Assembly: GCF_009914755.1 (NCBI RefSeq)
Contig: NC_060937.1
Length of the DNA: 64,000 nucleotides
Origin: the human T2T-CHM13v2.0 reference genome, Homo sapiens
Reading direction: 5' to 3' (one strand)
Under the pieces are notes generated by a model. The model ran no database searches, had not been told where the DNA came from, and was given only the letters and a program-made list of their open reading frames with translations. Both the position numbers and the translations under genes were made by a program. Shown here one piece after another: positions 21,744 through 48,368 of this stretch (positions within the stretch are counted from its first letter, which is position 1; the number at the start of each line of letters is the position of its first letter).

Positions 21744-22250
21744 GTGTGTGTGTGAGCATGTGTGTGTGTGTGAGATTATGTGTGAGTGTGAGTGTGTGTG
21801 GGTATGTGAGATTATGTGTGAGTGTGTGTGTGGGTATATGTGTGAGTGTGTCTGTGGGGTTTGGGTGGGTGTGAATGTGTGTGATCGTGTTTGGGTGTGT
21901 GTATGTGTGAGTGTGGGTGTGTGTGAATGTGTGTGATTGTGTTTGTGTATGTGTGAGTGTGTGGGTGTGTGTGAGTATATGTGAGTGTGAGTGTGGGGGT
22001 GTGGGTGGGTGTGAATATGTGTGATTGTGTTTCACTGTGTGAGGGTGTGTGTGAGTGTGAGTGTGAGTGTGAGTGTGTGGGTGTGTGTAAATGTGTGTGA
22101 TTGTGTGTGTGAGTGTATGTGTGCGTGTTTGTGGGTGTGTGTGAGTGTGAGTATGGGGGGGTGTGGGTATGTGTGAATGTGTGTGATTGTGTGTGGGTAT
22201 GTGTATGTGTGGGGGTGTGTGTGTGTGTGCGTGTGTGTGTGTGTGCACGT
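21744..22250. repeat. Degenerate (TG)n / (TGAGTG)n simple repeat
   Basis: ~500 bp of nearly continuous TG alternation. Confidence 0.95.
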
Positions 22251-23901
22251 GCACTGGCCCAGGAAGCAGGAGCTGTGTGTGTGGACTTCAGCACCTGCAG
22301 GGCTTGAGCGCAAGGAGACAGCCTCAGGGCCCTTGCACAGAACAGGTGGCAGGGTGTGCCCGTGGGGCAGATGGGGACTTGGGGACAATGGTGGTGTGTG
22401 AGTCCATACCTGGCTCCAGGATTCAGGAGGCCCATTTGCATATCCCAGGTGGGAACCTGTCTGGCCCCGCCTGACCCTGCTGGCCGGTGCAGGCCCCTTC
22501 AGTGAGGCCAATTCTCCAAGGCTGGGGTCTTCTCCCAGGGTCATGGGTGAAGGGATTTGGAGGCTCCCTGCGTGGGTACTGGCCTGCTGGGGTACACACA
22601 ATGCTGCCATAGCCAGTCTGCCCCAACACCCAGCCCGGGGCCACATCTCAGGTCTCTCAGTCCTGGGGAGCCCGGTGCCCCACCCCTCACATCCTCTCTC
22701 CCTGAGTCAGGGCCTGGGTCTCGTGAGCTGAGTGACTGATACTTGGTGTCCTGGATGAGGGCGTGGTGGAGAGGGGCCACAGTGGGTGTTTCCTGACCCT
22801 CTTCCAGGAAGGTGCTGCTGCTGCTGCAGGGAGGACACATACAGGATGCCCCTTCCTGCCCCCTGCCTCCCATTGGGCCCACAAAAGCCAGGGCAAGCCT
22901 CCCCTCCCTGCCAGCCACCTGGTCTGCTTCCCAGAAATTCTGTCTTGCAGGCTGTTGGGAGGATCCCAGTACTTTGTAAACTAAAGCAAGGGAGGAGTGG
23001 CCATTCTCTCTCTTTGTTCATTCATTCACCTTTTCATTCATTCCTTCTTCCCTCCATTCCCCCATCTGTCCATCCTTCCCTGCCCTGATTGCTCACACCA
23101 CCCCCAGCCCCTCCTGACCTGGTCCTTTGGTTTCTCTTTAGGGCTTTCTGTCTCCTCCCACAGGGCTGAGAATGGCAGCTCAGGGACAAGTGGGGGCTGG
23201 AGACTGCTTAGTCTCCCCAGTGGCTCTCAGGGGATTTGAGGGTTTGACGCCAGCTGCCACCCCGGGCTGTGCCCCTCCTCTGCTCAGGAGCACATACAGG
23301 GATGCGACACCCACTTAAACTCGAAGTTGCAAAGATGCAAATGAGACTGCGGTCTCAGGCACCAGAGACCACCCATGGGCACGTGGCTTTTGGGAGTGGG
23401 GACCTGCTGCCACAGATCTCTGAAGAGTCTGGACCTGCTGGGTCTCACCGAGTGACTGTCTGGGGGTCTCCATAGCATGCCTTGCTGTGTGCGTGATGGT
23501 CACTGGTTGGGTAGGGGTCTCTACTCTAAAGCTCCCTCTGCCGGCATCCCCTCGAACTCTCCCTTGGTGAAGAGAGGATGTGGTTTGCCCCAGTGTTTTA
23601 TCAAACAACTCTCTCCACTTCCAGTTTTAAGAAGCTGAGAGTGGAAGAGAGCCTGGGGCTGGCCCCAGCTGCTGCTGTGAAACAGGGGTCACTGGATGCT
23701 GGGACCCTGGCCGGGCTGGCTGGAGGCCTCAGGAAGAGGCCTGCTACATCGTCATCCTGGCCAAGATTCCTCCCTGCAGAGGACCCTGGCCACACTGCCA
23801 CGGGGTCTGCTGGGGCCACCAGAAGCCCATGCTCCTGCCTCCATCTCTCCCCTCTGTGCTCACCTCTCACCAGGAGGCCCTCCCAGAGTTCAGTGTCCTG
23901 C

Positions 23902-24702
<801 letters not shown>

Positions 24703-24814
24703 CTAATGGTTATCTTAATATCTTCATTCTATAATTATATGTTTTATATAATTATAATTGCTATATAAGATATAATACCCCTAGTATGTTGTTTTTTGGA
24801 TATTCTACTCGTTC

Positions 24815-25265
24815 CTGATGGTTAATTTATGTGTCAACTTGGCTAAGCTATGGTGCCCCGTTGTTTGGTCAAATACTTGTCAATATCTTGCTGGGAGGTT
24901 ATTTCATAGATGTGGTTAACACTGACAGTCAATTGACTTTAAGTAAAACAGATTACCCACCATAATATGGGTGGGCCACCTCCAATCAGTTGAAGGCCTT
25001 AAGAACAAAAACAGGTTTCCCAGAGAAGCAGGAATTCTGCTTCAAGACTGTAACACAAAAACCCTGCCTGAGTTTCTGGCCTGCTGACTGCTCTACAGAT
25101 GTTAGGTTCCAGACTTCGAGATCAACCCTTACCTGAATTTATAGCCTGCTGGCTTGCCCTACAGATTTTAAACTTGCTAGTCCCCACAATCATGTGAGCC
25201 AATTCCTAAATAAATCTCTCTCTATGTATAATCTATTGGTTTAGTTTCTCTGAAAAGCTTTCACA
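24815..25265 (+). mobile_element. MLT2-family (ERVL) LTR
   Basis: tgatggttaatttatgtgtcaacttggct...ccaatcagttgaaggcctt...cacaatcatgtgagccaattcc...tctattggtttagtttctctg. Confidence 0.75.
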
Positions 25266-25285
25266 TCCAGTTTCCTGGATGTTAA

Positions 25286-28610
<3,325 letters not shown>

Positions 28611-30479
28611 CAGGGGATCCTGTGCGAAGCACCATGGCTTCAGCTGGGGTGGGAGTGGGTGGGACTCTCTCTAATGACTTATCCTGGTGTTTGTGTTTCT
28701 GAAGATTTGATTGTGGAGAGCATATCCGATGATGGGGATTTGTAGGTAGGTAACTACTTTCCACGTAAGATCCAATGGGAGAGAGTTCCCAGGGGCCTTT
28801 GGGGTATCCATGCTGCTTGGGAGGTTAAGGGAGGGGGCATGAAATCAAAATGAAACAGGAAATATGTGTCATACTGTATTTGGTCTTTTCCAGGTTTATT
28901 GGCATAATAGTTAGAACTGTCTCTCTGGGCTATGAGGGTGCTGTGTTATTTGAAGGTGGTCTTTCCCAGAACACCTGGCCTTTTCTTTTCTGCCTCTGCC
29001 AAACATCACAGCCTTTGGGTTGGATTAGTCAGCACCCCTTGGGATTGTGCAGAAGAGGTTTGGGGTTGCATCGAGTGTCACCTGTGGTGAACAGAATCTG
29101 AGGGACACAACTCTCTCACAGGCACTTCCTTCAACCCGGAGACAGAGTTCTCCTGGTGTGTGCTCAGGGGTGGAGGAGAAACTGACAGTCGGCCTCTGAA
29201 CTTTCAGGACTTTAAAAAGCACTCATGTTTCCATCCTCACTGTTGACTCCTGGCTTAAAGGGATCTCCCGGGGTGAGTGAGGAGGAGGGATCGGACCCTG
29301 GCAGTCTAACGGCAGCACCTGTGTTCCTCTGCACTGGGCTGTGGATGACATTACACACCTTGGTGAGAATCAGGAATTGAGGCTAACCACATCTGAAATT
29401 GAGATGGGCCTTGAGTCATATAAATAGTTTGGAAAAGATGCATTTTACTACGCTGTTGAAAGAAACCATTTATTTCTCACTCCAGCAGGATAAATGGTTA
29501 TCAGTATCCACTTAACTGCTCATTGACTCTTACTGTAGATGAGCAGGTGGCCAGCAGCCCCTGCCCTCCCACAGTTGTAGGCCCAAGGTAACCAGCAATT
29601 GACTGGATATAATGGAAGAGTGGTGCATTCGGAGGTATCTGTATTAATGGGACCCACATGATATGGATGAGAGCTATTAGGGTGAGAAAAAGCCTGGGAG
29701 CACAATGAAATATTTAAACAAAACATTGTTGAAATCTCCATTGTACTTTAGTAGTTGAAGTCATTCTTGTGGTCATCACTGCCTTTCCCAAACATAACAA
29801 GCTACTTAATATCACATGGACCCGTGCCATGAGGAATGATGATCAGTTTGTAAAACGCCAATAAAACAATTGCCTATATAAGCCACAATGTTTCATCCAT
29901 ATATTTCAATTTCCATGTGTAAGTATAGTTCAAATTTCAGAAATTTATTATTATCTAATAGAATATGCATGGTATATCAATGAGCAATTATCATACTGTT
30001 TCTATTCACAATTATTTGTATGATGAAAAAAGCAGACTCCCATTCTTGGATTTTTCTCAGTTTGCACACATTAGCATTACAGCCCCATTTCCACCTGACA
30101 TGTGCCAGCAAGAGGCCAGGAACAGAGGCTTTTCTTATTAACTAAGATTTCTAAATGTATTACGTATTCACATTTAGAAACTCTAAATATCATAAAAGGT
30201 TAGCAAGGAAGTTTCCCTTCCACTCTGAACTTCCAAACACCAAGTCAACATTTTTGTTTGCCTATCATCCCTGCAATCTATGTGCAAATAGAAACATGCA
30301 CCTGGAATGCATGCTGATGTGTGATCGTGTTTACACAAAGTCCTCTGCACCTCTGCATATATCACTGGGCAATGCACCTTAGTTATCATTCCACATTTCA
30401 AATGTAAATCCATTGTATTGTTTCAGAGCTATAAAGTACTGCACCCTATGACTATTCCCAAAATTACTTAAGCACCCCG

Positions 30480-30915
30480 CTATGGGTATCCATTCATTCT
30501 GTTTCCAGTCTTGCTCTTATAACCAATGCTGTAGTGAACAGCACTGTGTTAAGAAGTGGTGAACGTGGGCATCTTTGTCTTGTTCCCGTCCTCAGGGGGA
30601 ATGCTTTCAACTCTCCCCCATTCAGGAAAATGTTGGTTGTGGGTTTGTCGTAGATAGCTTTTATTACCTTAAGGTATGTCCATTCTATGCCGATTTTGAT
30701 GAACGGTTTTAATCATAAAGAAATGCTGGATTTTGTCAAAGGCTTTTTCTGCATCTATTCAGATTATCATGTCTTTTTGTTTTTAGTTTTATTTATGTGA
30801 TGTATCACATGTATTGACTTGCCTATGTTAAACCATCCCTGCATCCCTAGTATGAAACCCACTTGAATCATGGTGGATTATCTTTTTGTTATGCTGTTGG
30901 ATTCGGTTAGCTTGG
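30480..30915 (-). mobile_element. L1 ORF2-region fragment
   Basis: gggcatctttgtcttgttcc...ggctttttctgcatctatt...ccatccctgcatccctagtatgaaacccacttgaatcatggtggat. Confidence 0.8.
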
Positions 30916-32327
30916 TTGTAGCATTTCTTATTATTCCATCTGTGGAATGTATTGGTTTAAATAATGAAAACATGTTCTATCCTCACTGCTTAGCACTTTG
31001 TGTTTCTTTAATAGCATTCCCAACAGGGCAACATAAAAGCAGGAGCCCTGCTAGTCTCCCCTTAACCCGAAATCCCCCCTTCTCCACAGCTCGCTCACTG
31101 GACAGGATAGACTGGGTGCCCAGGCCTCAAGGTAAGGACGTGCTCTGTCACCTAGAGGTGCAGTGCTTGGGAAGGCCAACCTTGGAGGGTTGCCTGCCAG
31201 CTTTACAGTGACAGAGGTGTTGGGAGGGACTGACCACCAATGCATAAGGCTGTGCTTTGTTGGTGACATAAAGGATTGTTTCACAGATTGTTGGGGAGGG
31301 ACAATCCCAAGGCCTCCCCCGGCCCTGGTGCTGGCTGTGCACAAAGGCAATAAGAGAGGGATGCTGGTAAGGGCTGACCTGTTGCTGTGCTGGGGAGGAA
31401 GGTGCTGGGCTGAAATTCAGGAGGCTGAGGATGCAGCAGTCCCATAGGAGGTACATGACCTTCAGGATACATTTTCTTCATTGATGATCAATGGAAATGA
31501 GAAATCACTGACTATTTTTTCTATCATTGGAATCTACTCTCTACTGCTCATGCTGTTCCTGTCTTTTGGGGAAGATGGAGGATCAATCAGTGTGTGCAGC
31601 ACTGAGTGGAAGGAAGGAGAACTGTGACAAAAGTTAAGGAAGGATGAGAGATGGGAGGGCCCTTCATCCAGCTGCTTGCAGAGTCCTCCTGAGGAGGAAA
31701 GCCCCGTGGCTCCCTGGTGAAGGAGCAGTGAGGGCTACGTGACTCCCACAGTGAAGTTTGCGGTATATCTGAGGACACCCAGGCTGGTCCATGAGGAGCC
31801 AGTGGCAGAGTGAGAAGCAGAAAGGCCAGGAGGGTGGCTGGATGCCAGGCTCTGAGTCATTCTCCATGTGATGGAAACAGCCGGAGCCCAGTGGGCTTGG
31901 AGGTACAGGATGCGGTGGCTGATGACAGAACAATGTGGAGAGAGGCATCATTTGTCAAATCCTTACTTTGTTCTGGGCATTGTGCTAAAAATTCTGATGG
32001 CTCATCCCATTTAGGGGCTGAAAGTTGCAGAGGTTTAGGAAGCTCACCCACGATACTGGAGCCCCCATCTCCTACCCTAGTGCTGTCCACCTTCTCACCC
32101 AGCCACCACTTGTTTCAGGGGAACACACAGAAGTGGTAACCTCTTATGGATAGGCAAGTAAATTCTGCTGTTTTTGTTATTCACAGAAAAACACTGGCTC
32201 GTGTGAGTTGGGAAGGTGAAATACCAGAAGTATTTCATCTAGTTATTTCTACCTACACGACTCCTATAGTATTGAAATGCATAGGTTAGCATTTTTGGAC
32301 AATTTACTCAGCATTCTGGGTTAAAGG

Positions 32328-32650
32328 CTTTTATTTATTTACTTATTTATTTTTTATTTATTTTTGAGATGGAGTTTCGCTCTTGTTGCCCAAGCTGGAG
32401 TGCAATGGTGCAATCCTGGTTCACTGCAACCTCCGCCTCTGAGGTTCAAACTATTCTCCTGTCTCAGCCTCCCAAGTAGCTGAGATTATAGGCACGTGCC
32501 ACCACACTGGGCTAATTTTTTTTGTATTTTTAGTAGAAATGAGATTTCACCATGTTGGTCAGGCTGGTTTCGAACTCCTGACCTCAGGTGATCTGCCCTC
32601 CTCGGCCTCCCAAAGTGTTGGGATTACAGGTGTGAGCCACCACGCCCACC
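32328..32650 (-). mobile_element. AluS
   Basis: Alu consensus with (TTTA)n tail. Confidence 0.92.
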
Positions 32651-35600
32651 CTAAAGTCTTTTAAAATTCACTTGTATAAGTTGACTCAGTTTTCTTTAAC
32701 CTTGTAGAAAAATACAAAAATGGCAAACTCTTTTATCACACAAATAATGTCTTTTAATGGAGTGATTTTTTTCTAATCGAGGTATTATGTACTTTTCATT
32801 TACTAATTATTGTTTACATTTGAAGTGTTTTATGAATTAATATTTAATTGCATAGATGAAGATTACTAGTTATAGGCATTTTACTAACCAATACTCATTA
32901 AGCATAGCGTGGATTCATATGACATCAAGGGGCTATTTTATTTGGTAAAACGAAAAAGCACAAGAATGAACGAACGCGAGAACTGAAACAGTGGAGACAC
33001 CTAGAATGACTTGTCTAAGATCTAAATCATTTTGTTCTCTTCCCAGCGTACTTATTATCCTGATCATTGTCATCAGCATTGTTTGGGTCCTTTTAGCACA
33101 GATTTCTCAAAAGGGGTAACTCCATAACAGTTGGAAGCTTACAAATTCATATAATTTGTAAGAGGTCAATTTGGAAGTACCTATCTATTTTAAAATTCCA
33201 GTAACCTGGGAATTTCATCCCATGTCTAGAGTCTTTTAGGTAAAATATTTCCACAATTAGGAGAAATATGTGCATGGGGATTTTTTATGTAGCGGTGTTT
33301 TGATAGAATAGAAAATTGGGATAAACCAAATTTCCATCATGAAGGAAATAGTAATAGGCTGAATAATAACACAGCGAATATTATGCAGGCTTTAAACATC
33401 AAAAAAGAGTTCAACTTATGACTTCCGATGATGGTGTTGAAGCAGGGCACTGCTGGTTAACATTTGATTTTCTCGTTAGCGATGCCGTGGACGGCATCCT
33501 CGTTAGCGATGCCGTGGAGGGCGTCCTCGTTAGCGAAGCCGTGGGCGGCGACCTCGTTAGCGACGCCGTGGGCGGCGTCCTCGTTAGCGACGCCGTGGGC
33601 GGCGTCCCAGTTAGCGACGCCGTGGACGGCGTCCCAGTTAGCGACGCCGTGGACGGCGTCCTCGTTAGCGACGCCCTGGACGGCGTCCTCGTTAGCGACG
33701 CCCTGGACGGCGTCCTCGTTAGTGACGCCCTGGACGGTGACCTCTTTAGGGATACCATGGACGGTGTCCTCGTTAGTGATGCCCTGGGCGGCGTCCTCGT
33801 TAGCGATGCCCTGGGCGGCGTCCTAGTTAGCGATGCCCTGGGCGGCGTCCTAGTTAGCGATGCCCTGGGCGGCGTCCTCGTTAGTGATGCCATGGACGGG
33901 GTCCTCGTCAGCGATGAGCTGGACTGCGTCCTCGTCAGCGATGCCCTGGATGGTGTCCTCGTCAGCGATGCCGTGGACGACGTCCCCGTCAGGGATGCCC
34001 TGGGCGGCGTCCCCATCAGCGATGCCCTTGACGGCGTCCCGATCAGCGATGCCCTTGACGGCGTCCCCGTCAGCGAGGCCCTGGACGGCGACCCAGTCAG
34101 CGAGGCCCTGGACGGCGTCCCCGTAGGCGAGGCCCTGGACGGCGTCCCAGTTGGCGATGCCCTGGGCGGTGTCCTCGTTATCGATACCGTGGACTCCATC
34201 TTCATTAGCGATGCCCTGGACGGCGTCGTCGTTGGCGATGCCCAGGACGGCGTCCTCGTTAGCGATGCCCTGGACGGCGTCGTCGTTGGCGAAGCCCTGG
34301 GCGGTGTCCTCGGCGATGCCCTGGGTGGCGTCATTGGCGATGCCCTGGGCGGCGACCCTGTTGGCGATGCCCTGGGCGGCCTCCTCGTTGGCGATGCCCT
34401 GTGCGACGTCCTCAGCGATTCCCTGGGCGGCGTCCTTGTTGGCGATGCCCTGGGCGGCCTCCTTGTTGGCGATGCCCTGGGCGGCGTCCTCGTTGGCGAT
34501 GCCCTGTGCGACATCCTCGGCGATTCCCTGGGCGGCGTCCTCGTTGGCGATGCCCTGGGCGGCCACCTCGTTAGCGATGCCCTGGACGGCGTCCTCGTTA
34601 GCGATGCCGTGGATGGTGACCTCGTTGCCCATGCCCTTGGTGGCGTCCCCGTTGGCGATGCCCTGGGCGGCGTCCCCGTTGGCGAAGCTGAGGACGGCGT
34701 CCCCGTTGGCGAAGCCGTGGACGGCGTCCCAGTTGGCGATGCCCTGGGTGGCGTCCTCATTGGCGATGCCCTGTGCGGCGACCCCATTGGCGATGCCCTG
34801 GGCAACCTCCTCGTTGGCGATGCCCTGGATGGCGTCCTCGGCGATGCCCTGGGCGGCTTCCTCGTTGGCGATGCCCTGGGTGGTGTCCTCATTAGCGATG
34901 CCCTGGTCGGCGTCCTCATTAGCGATGCCCTGGGCAGCGTCCTCAGCAATGCCGTAGACTCCATCTTCGTTAGCGATGCCCTGAACGGTGTCATCTTTAG
35001 CGATGCCCTGGATGGCATCCTCGTTGGCGATGCCCTGGACGGCGTCCGCGTTAGTGACGCTGTGGACGGCCTCCTCATTAGCGATGCCCTGGGTGGCGTC
35101 CTTGTTAGCGATGCCCTGGATGGCGACACCGTCAGCGATGCCGTGGAGGACGTCCCCATCAGCGATGCCCTGGGCGGCATTCCCGTCAGCGATGCCCTTG
35201 ACGGCGTCCCCGCTAGCGAAGTCGTGGACGGCATCCCCGTCAGCGAAGCCATGGACGGCGTCCCTGTCGGCGATGCCCTGGACGGCGTCCCAGTTGGCGA
35301 TGCCCTGGACGGCGTGCCAGGTGGCGATGCCCTGGACGGCGTGCCAGGTGGCGATGCCCTGGACGGCGTCCTCGGCGATGCACTGGACGGCGTCCTCATT
35401 ATCGATGCCGTGGAATCCATCTTCGTTAGCGATGTCCTGGACGGCGTCCCAGTTGGCAATGCCCTGGACGGCGTCCCAGTTGGTGATGCCCTGGATGGCG
35501 TCCTCAGCGATGCCCTGGACGGCGTCCTCGTTATCAATGCCATGGACTCCATCTTCGTTAGCGACGCCCTGGACGGCGTCCTCGTTAGGGATGCCGTGGA

Positions 35601-37941
35601 TGGCCTCCTCGTTAGCGATGCCCTGGGCGGCGTCCTCATTAGTGATGCCCTGGGCGGCGTCCTTGTTAGCAAAGCCCTGGGTGGCATCCTCGTTAGTGAT
35701 GCCATGGACATGGTCCTCGTCAGCGATGCCCTGGACGGCGTCCTCATCAGCGATGCCCTGGACGGCGTCGTCAGCGATGCCCTGGACGGAGTCCTCATCA
35801 GCGATGCCCTGGACGGCGTCGTCAGCGATGCCCTGGACGGCGACACCATCAGCGATGCCGTGGACGGCATCCCCGTCAGCGATGCCCTGGGCGGCGTCCC
35901 CGTCAGCGATGCCCTTGACGGCGTCCCCGTCAGCGAAGCCATGGACGGCGTGCCTGTCAGCGAATCCGTGGACGGCGTGCCTGTCAGCAAATCCGTGGAC
36001 GGCATCCCTGTCAGCGAGGCCCTGGACGGCGTCCCAGTCAGTGAATCCCTGGACGGCGTCCCAGTTGGCGTCCCCGTCAGCGAAGCCATGGACGGCGTGC
36101 CTGTCAGCGAATCCGTGGACGGCATCCCTGTCAGCGAGGCCCTGGACGGCGTCCCAGTCAGTGAATCCCTGGACGGCGTCCCAGTTGGCGTCCCCGTCAG
36201 CGAAGCCATGGACGGCGTGCCTGTCAGCGAATCCGTGGACGGCGTCCCTGTCAGCGAGGCCCTGGACGGCGTCCCAGTCGGCGAATCCCTGGACGGCGTC
36301 CCCGTCGGCGATGCCCTGGGCGGCGTCCCCGTCGGCGATGCCCTGGGCGGCGTCCCCGTCGGCGATGCCCTGGGCGGCGTCCCCGTCGGCGATGCCCTGG
36401 GCGGCGTCCTTGTTATCGATGCTGTGGAATCCATCTTCGTTAGCAATGCACTGGACGGCATCCCAGTTGGCGATGTCCTGGACGGCATCCCAGTTGGCGA
36501 TGCACTGGGCGGCATCCTCGTTAGCAATACCGTGGATGGCGTCCTCGTTAGCGATGCCCTGGACGGCGTCGTTAGCGATGCCCTGGATGGCGTCCTCGTT
36601 AGCGATGCCCTGGACGGCGTCCTCGTTAGCGCTGCCCTGGACGGCGACCCCGTCGCCGAGGCCGTGGACGGCGACCCCGTCGGCGAGGCCGTGGACGGCG
36701 TCCACGTCGGCGAGGCCCTGGACGGTGTCCTCGTTATCGATGCCGTGGACTCCATCTTCGTTAGCGATGCCCTGGACGGCGTCCTCGTTAGCGATGCTCT
36801 GGACGGCGACCTCATTAGGGATGCCGTGGACGGCCTCCTCGTTAGCGATGCCCTGGACGGCACCCCGTTGGCGATGCTGTGGAAGGCGACCCTGTTGGCG
36901 AAGCCGTGGATGGCGACCCTGTTGGCGAAGCCGTGGACTGTGTCCCAGTCGGCGATGCCCTGGACGGCGTCCCCGTCGGCGATGCCCTGGGCGGCGTCCC
37001 CGTCGGCGATGCCCTGGGTGGCGTCCTCGTTGGCGATGCCGTGGAATCCATCTTCGTTATTGATGTCCTGGACAGCATCCCAGTTGGCGATGCCCTGGGC
37101 GGCTTCCTCGTCAGCGATGCCGTGGACGGCGTCCCCGTCGGCGATGCCCTGGGCGGCGTCCCAGTCGGCGATGCCGTGGACAACCCCGTCGGCGATGCCG
37201 TGGACGGCGACCCCGTCGGCGATGCCCTGGACGGCGTCCCCGTCGGCGATGCCGTGGAAGGCTTCCCTGTTGGCGATGCCCTGGAAGGCATCCTCGTTAT
37301 CGATGCCCTGGGCGGCGTCCTCGATATCGATGCCGTGGAATCCATCTTCGTTAGCGATGTCCTGGACAGCATCCCAGTTGGCGATGCCCTGGGCAGCGTC
37401 CTCATTAGCGATGCCGTGGACGGCGTCATCGAGAGCGATGCCCTGGACGGCGTCCCCGTCGGCGATGCCGTGGAAGGCTACCCCGTCGGCGAAGCTGTGG
37501 ACGGTGCCCCAGTTGGCGATGCCCTGGACGACGTCCCAGTTGGCGATGCCCTGGACGGCGTCCTCGTTATCGATGCCGTGGAATCCATCTTCGTTAGCGA
37601 TGTCCTGGACAGCATCCCAGTTGGCGATGCCCTGGGCGGCGTCCTTATTAGCAATGCCGTGGACGGCGTCATCGAGAGCGATGCCCTGGGCGGCGACCCC
37701 GTCGGCGATGCCCTGGGCGGCGTCCCAGTCGGCGATGCCCTGGACGGCGTCCTCGTTATCGATGCCGTGGAATCCATCTTCGTTAGCGATGCAGTGGACG
37801 GCATCCCAGTTGGCGATGTCCTGGACGGCATCCCAGTTGGCGATGCCCTGGGCGGTGTCCTCGTTAGTGATGCCGTGGATGGCGTCATCGTTAGTGATGC
37901 CCTGGGTGGCGTCCTCGTTAGCGATGCCCTGGACGGCATCG

Positions 37942-48368
<10,427 letters not shown>

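Noticed and set aside
21430-22646. His/Thr-rich and Cys/Val-rich ORFs
   Set aside because: Translations of the TG/CA simple repeat.
28620-33400. USP18, BCR, POM121L or E2F6 fragments often found in LCR22
   Set aside because: No peptide I could recognise; not called.
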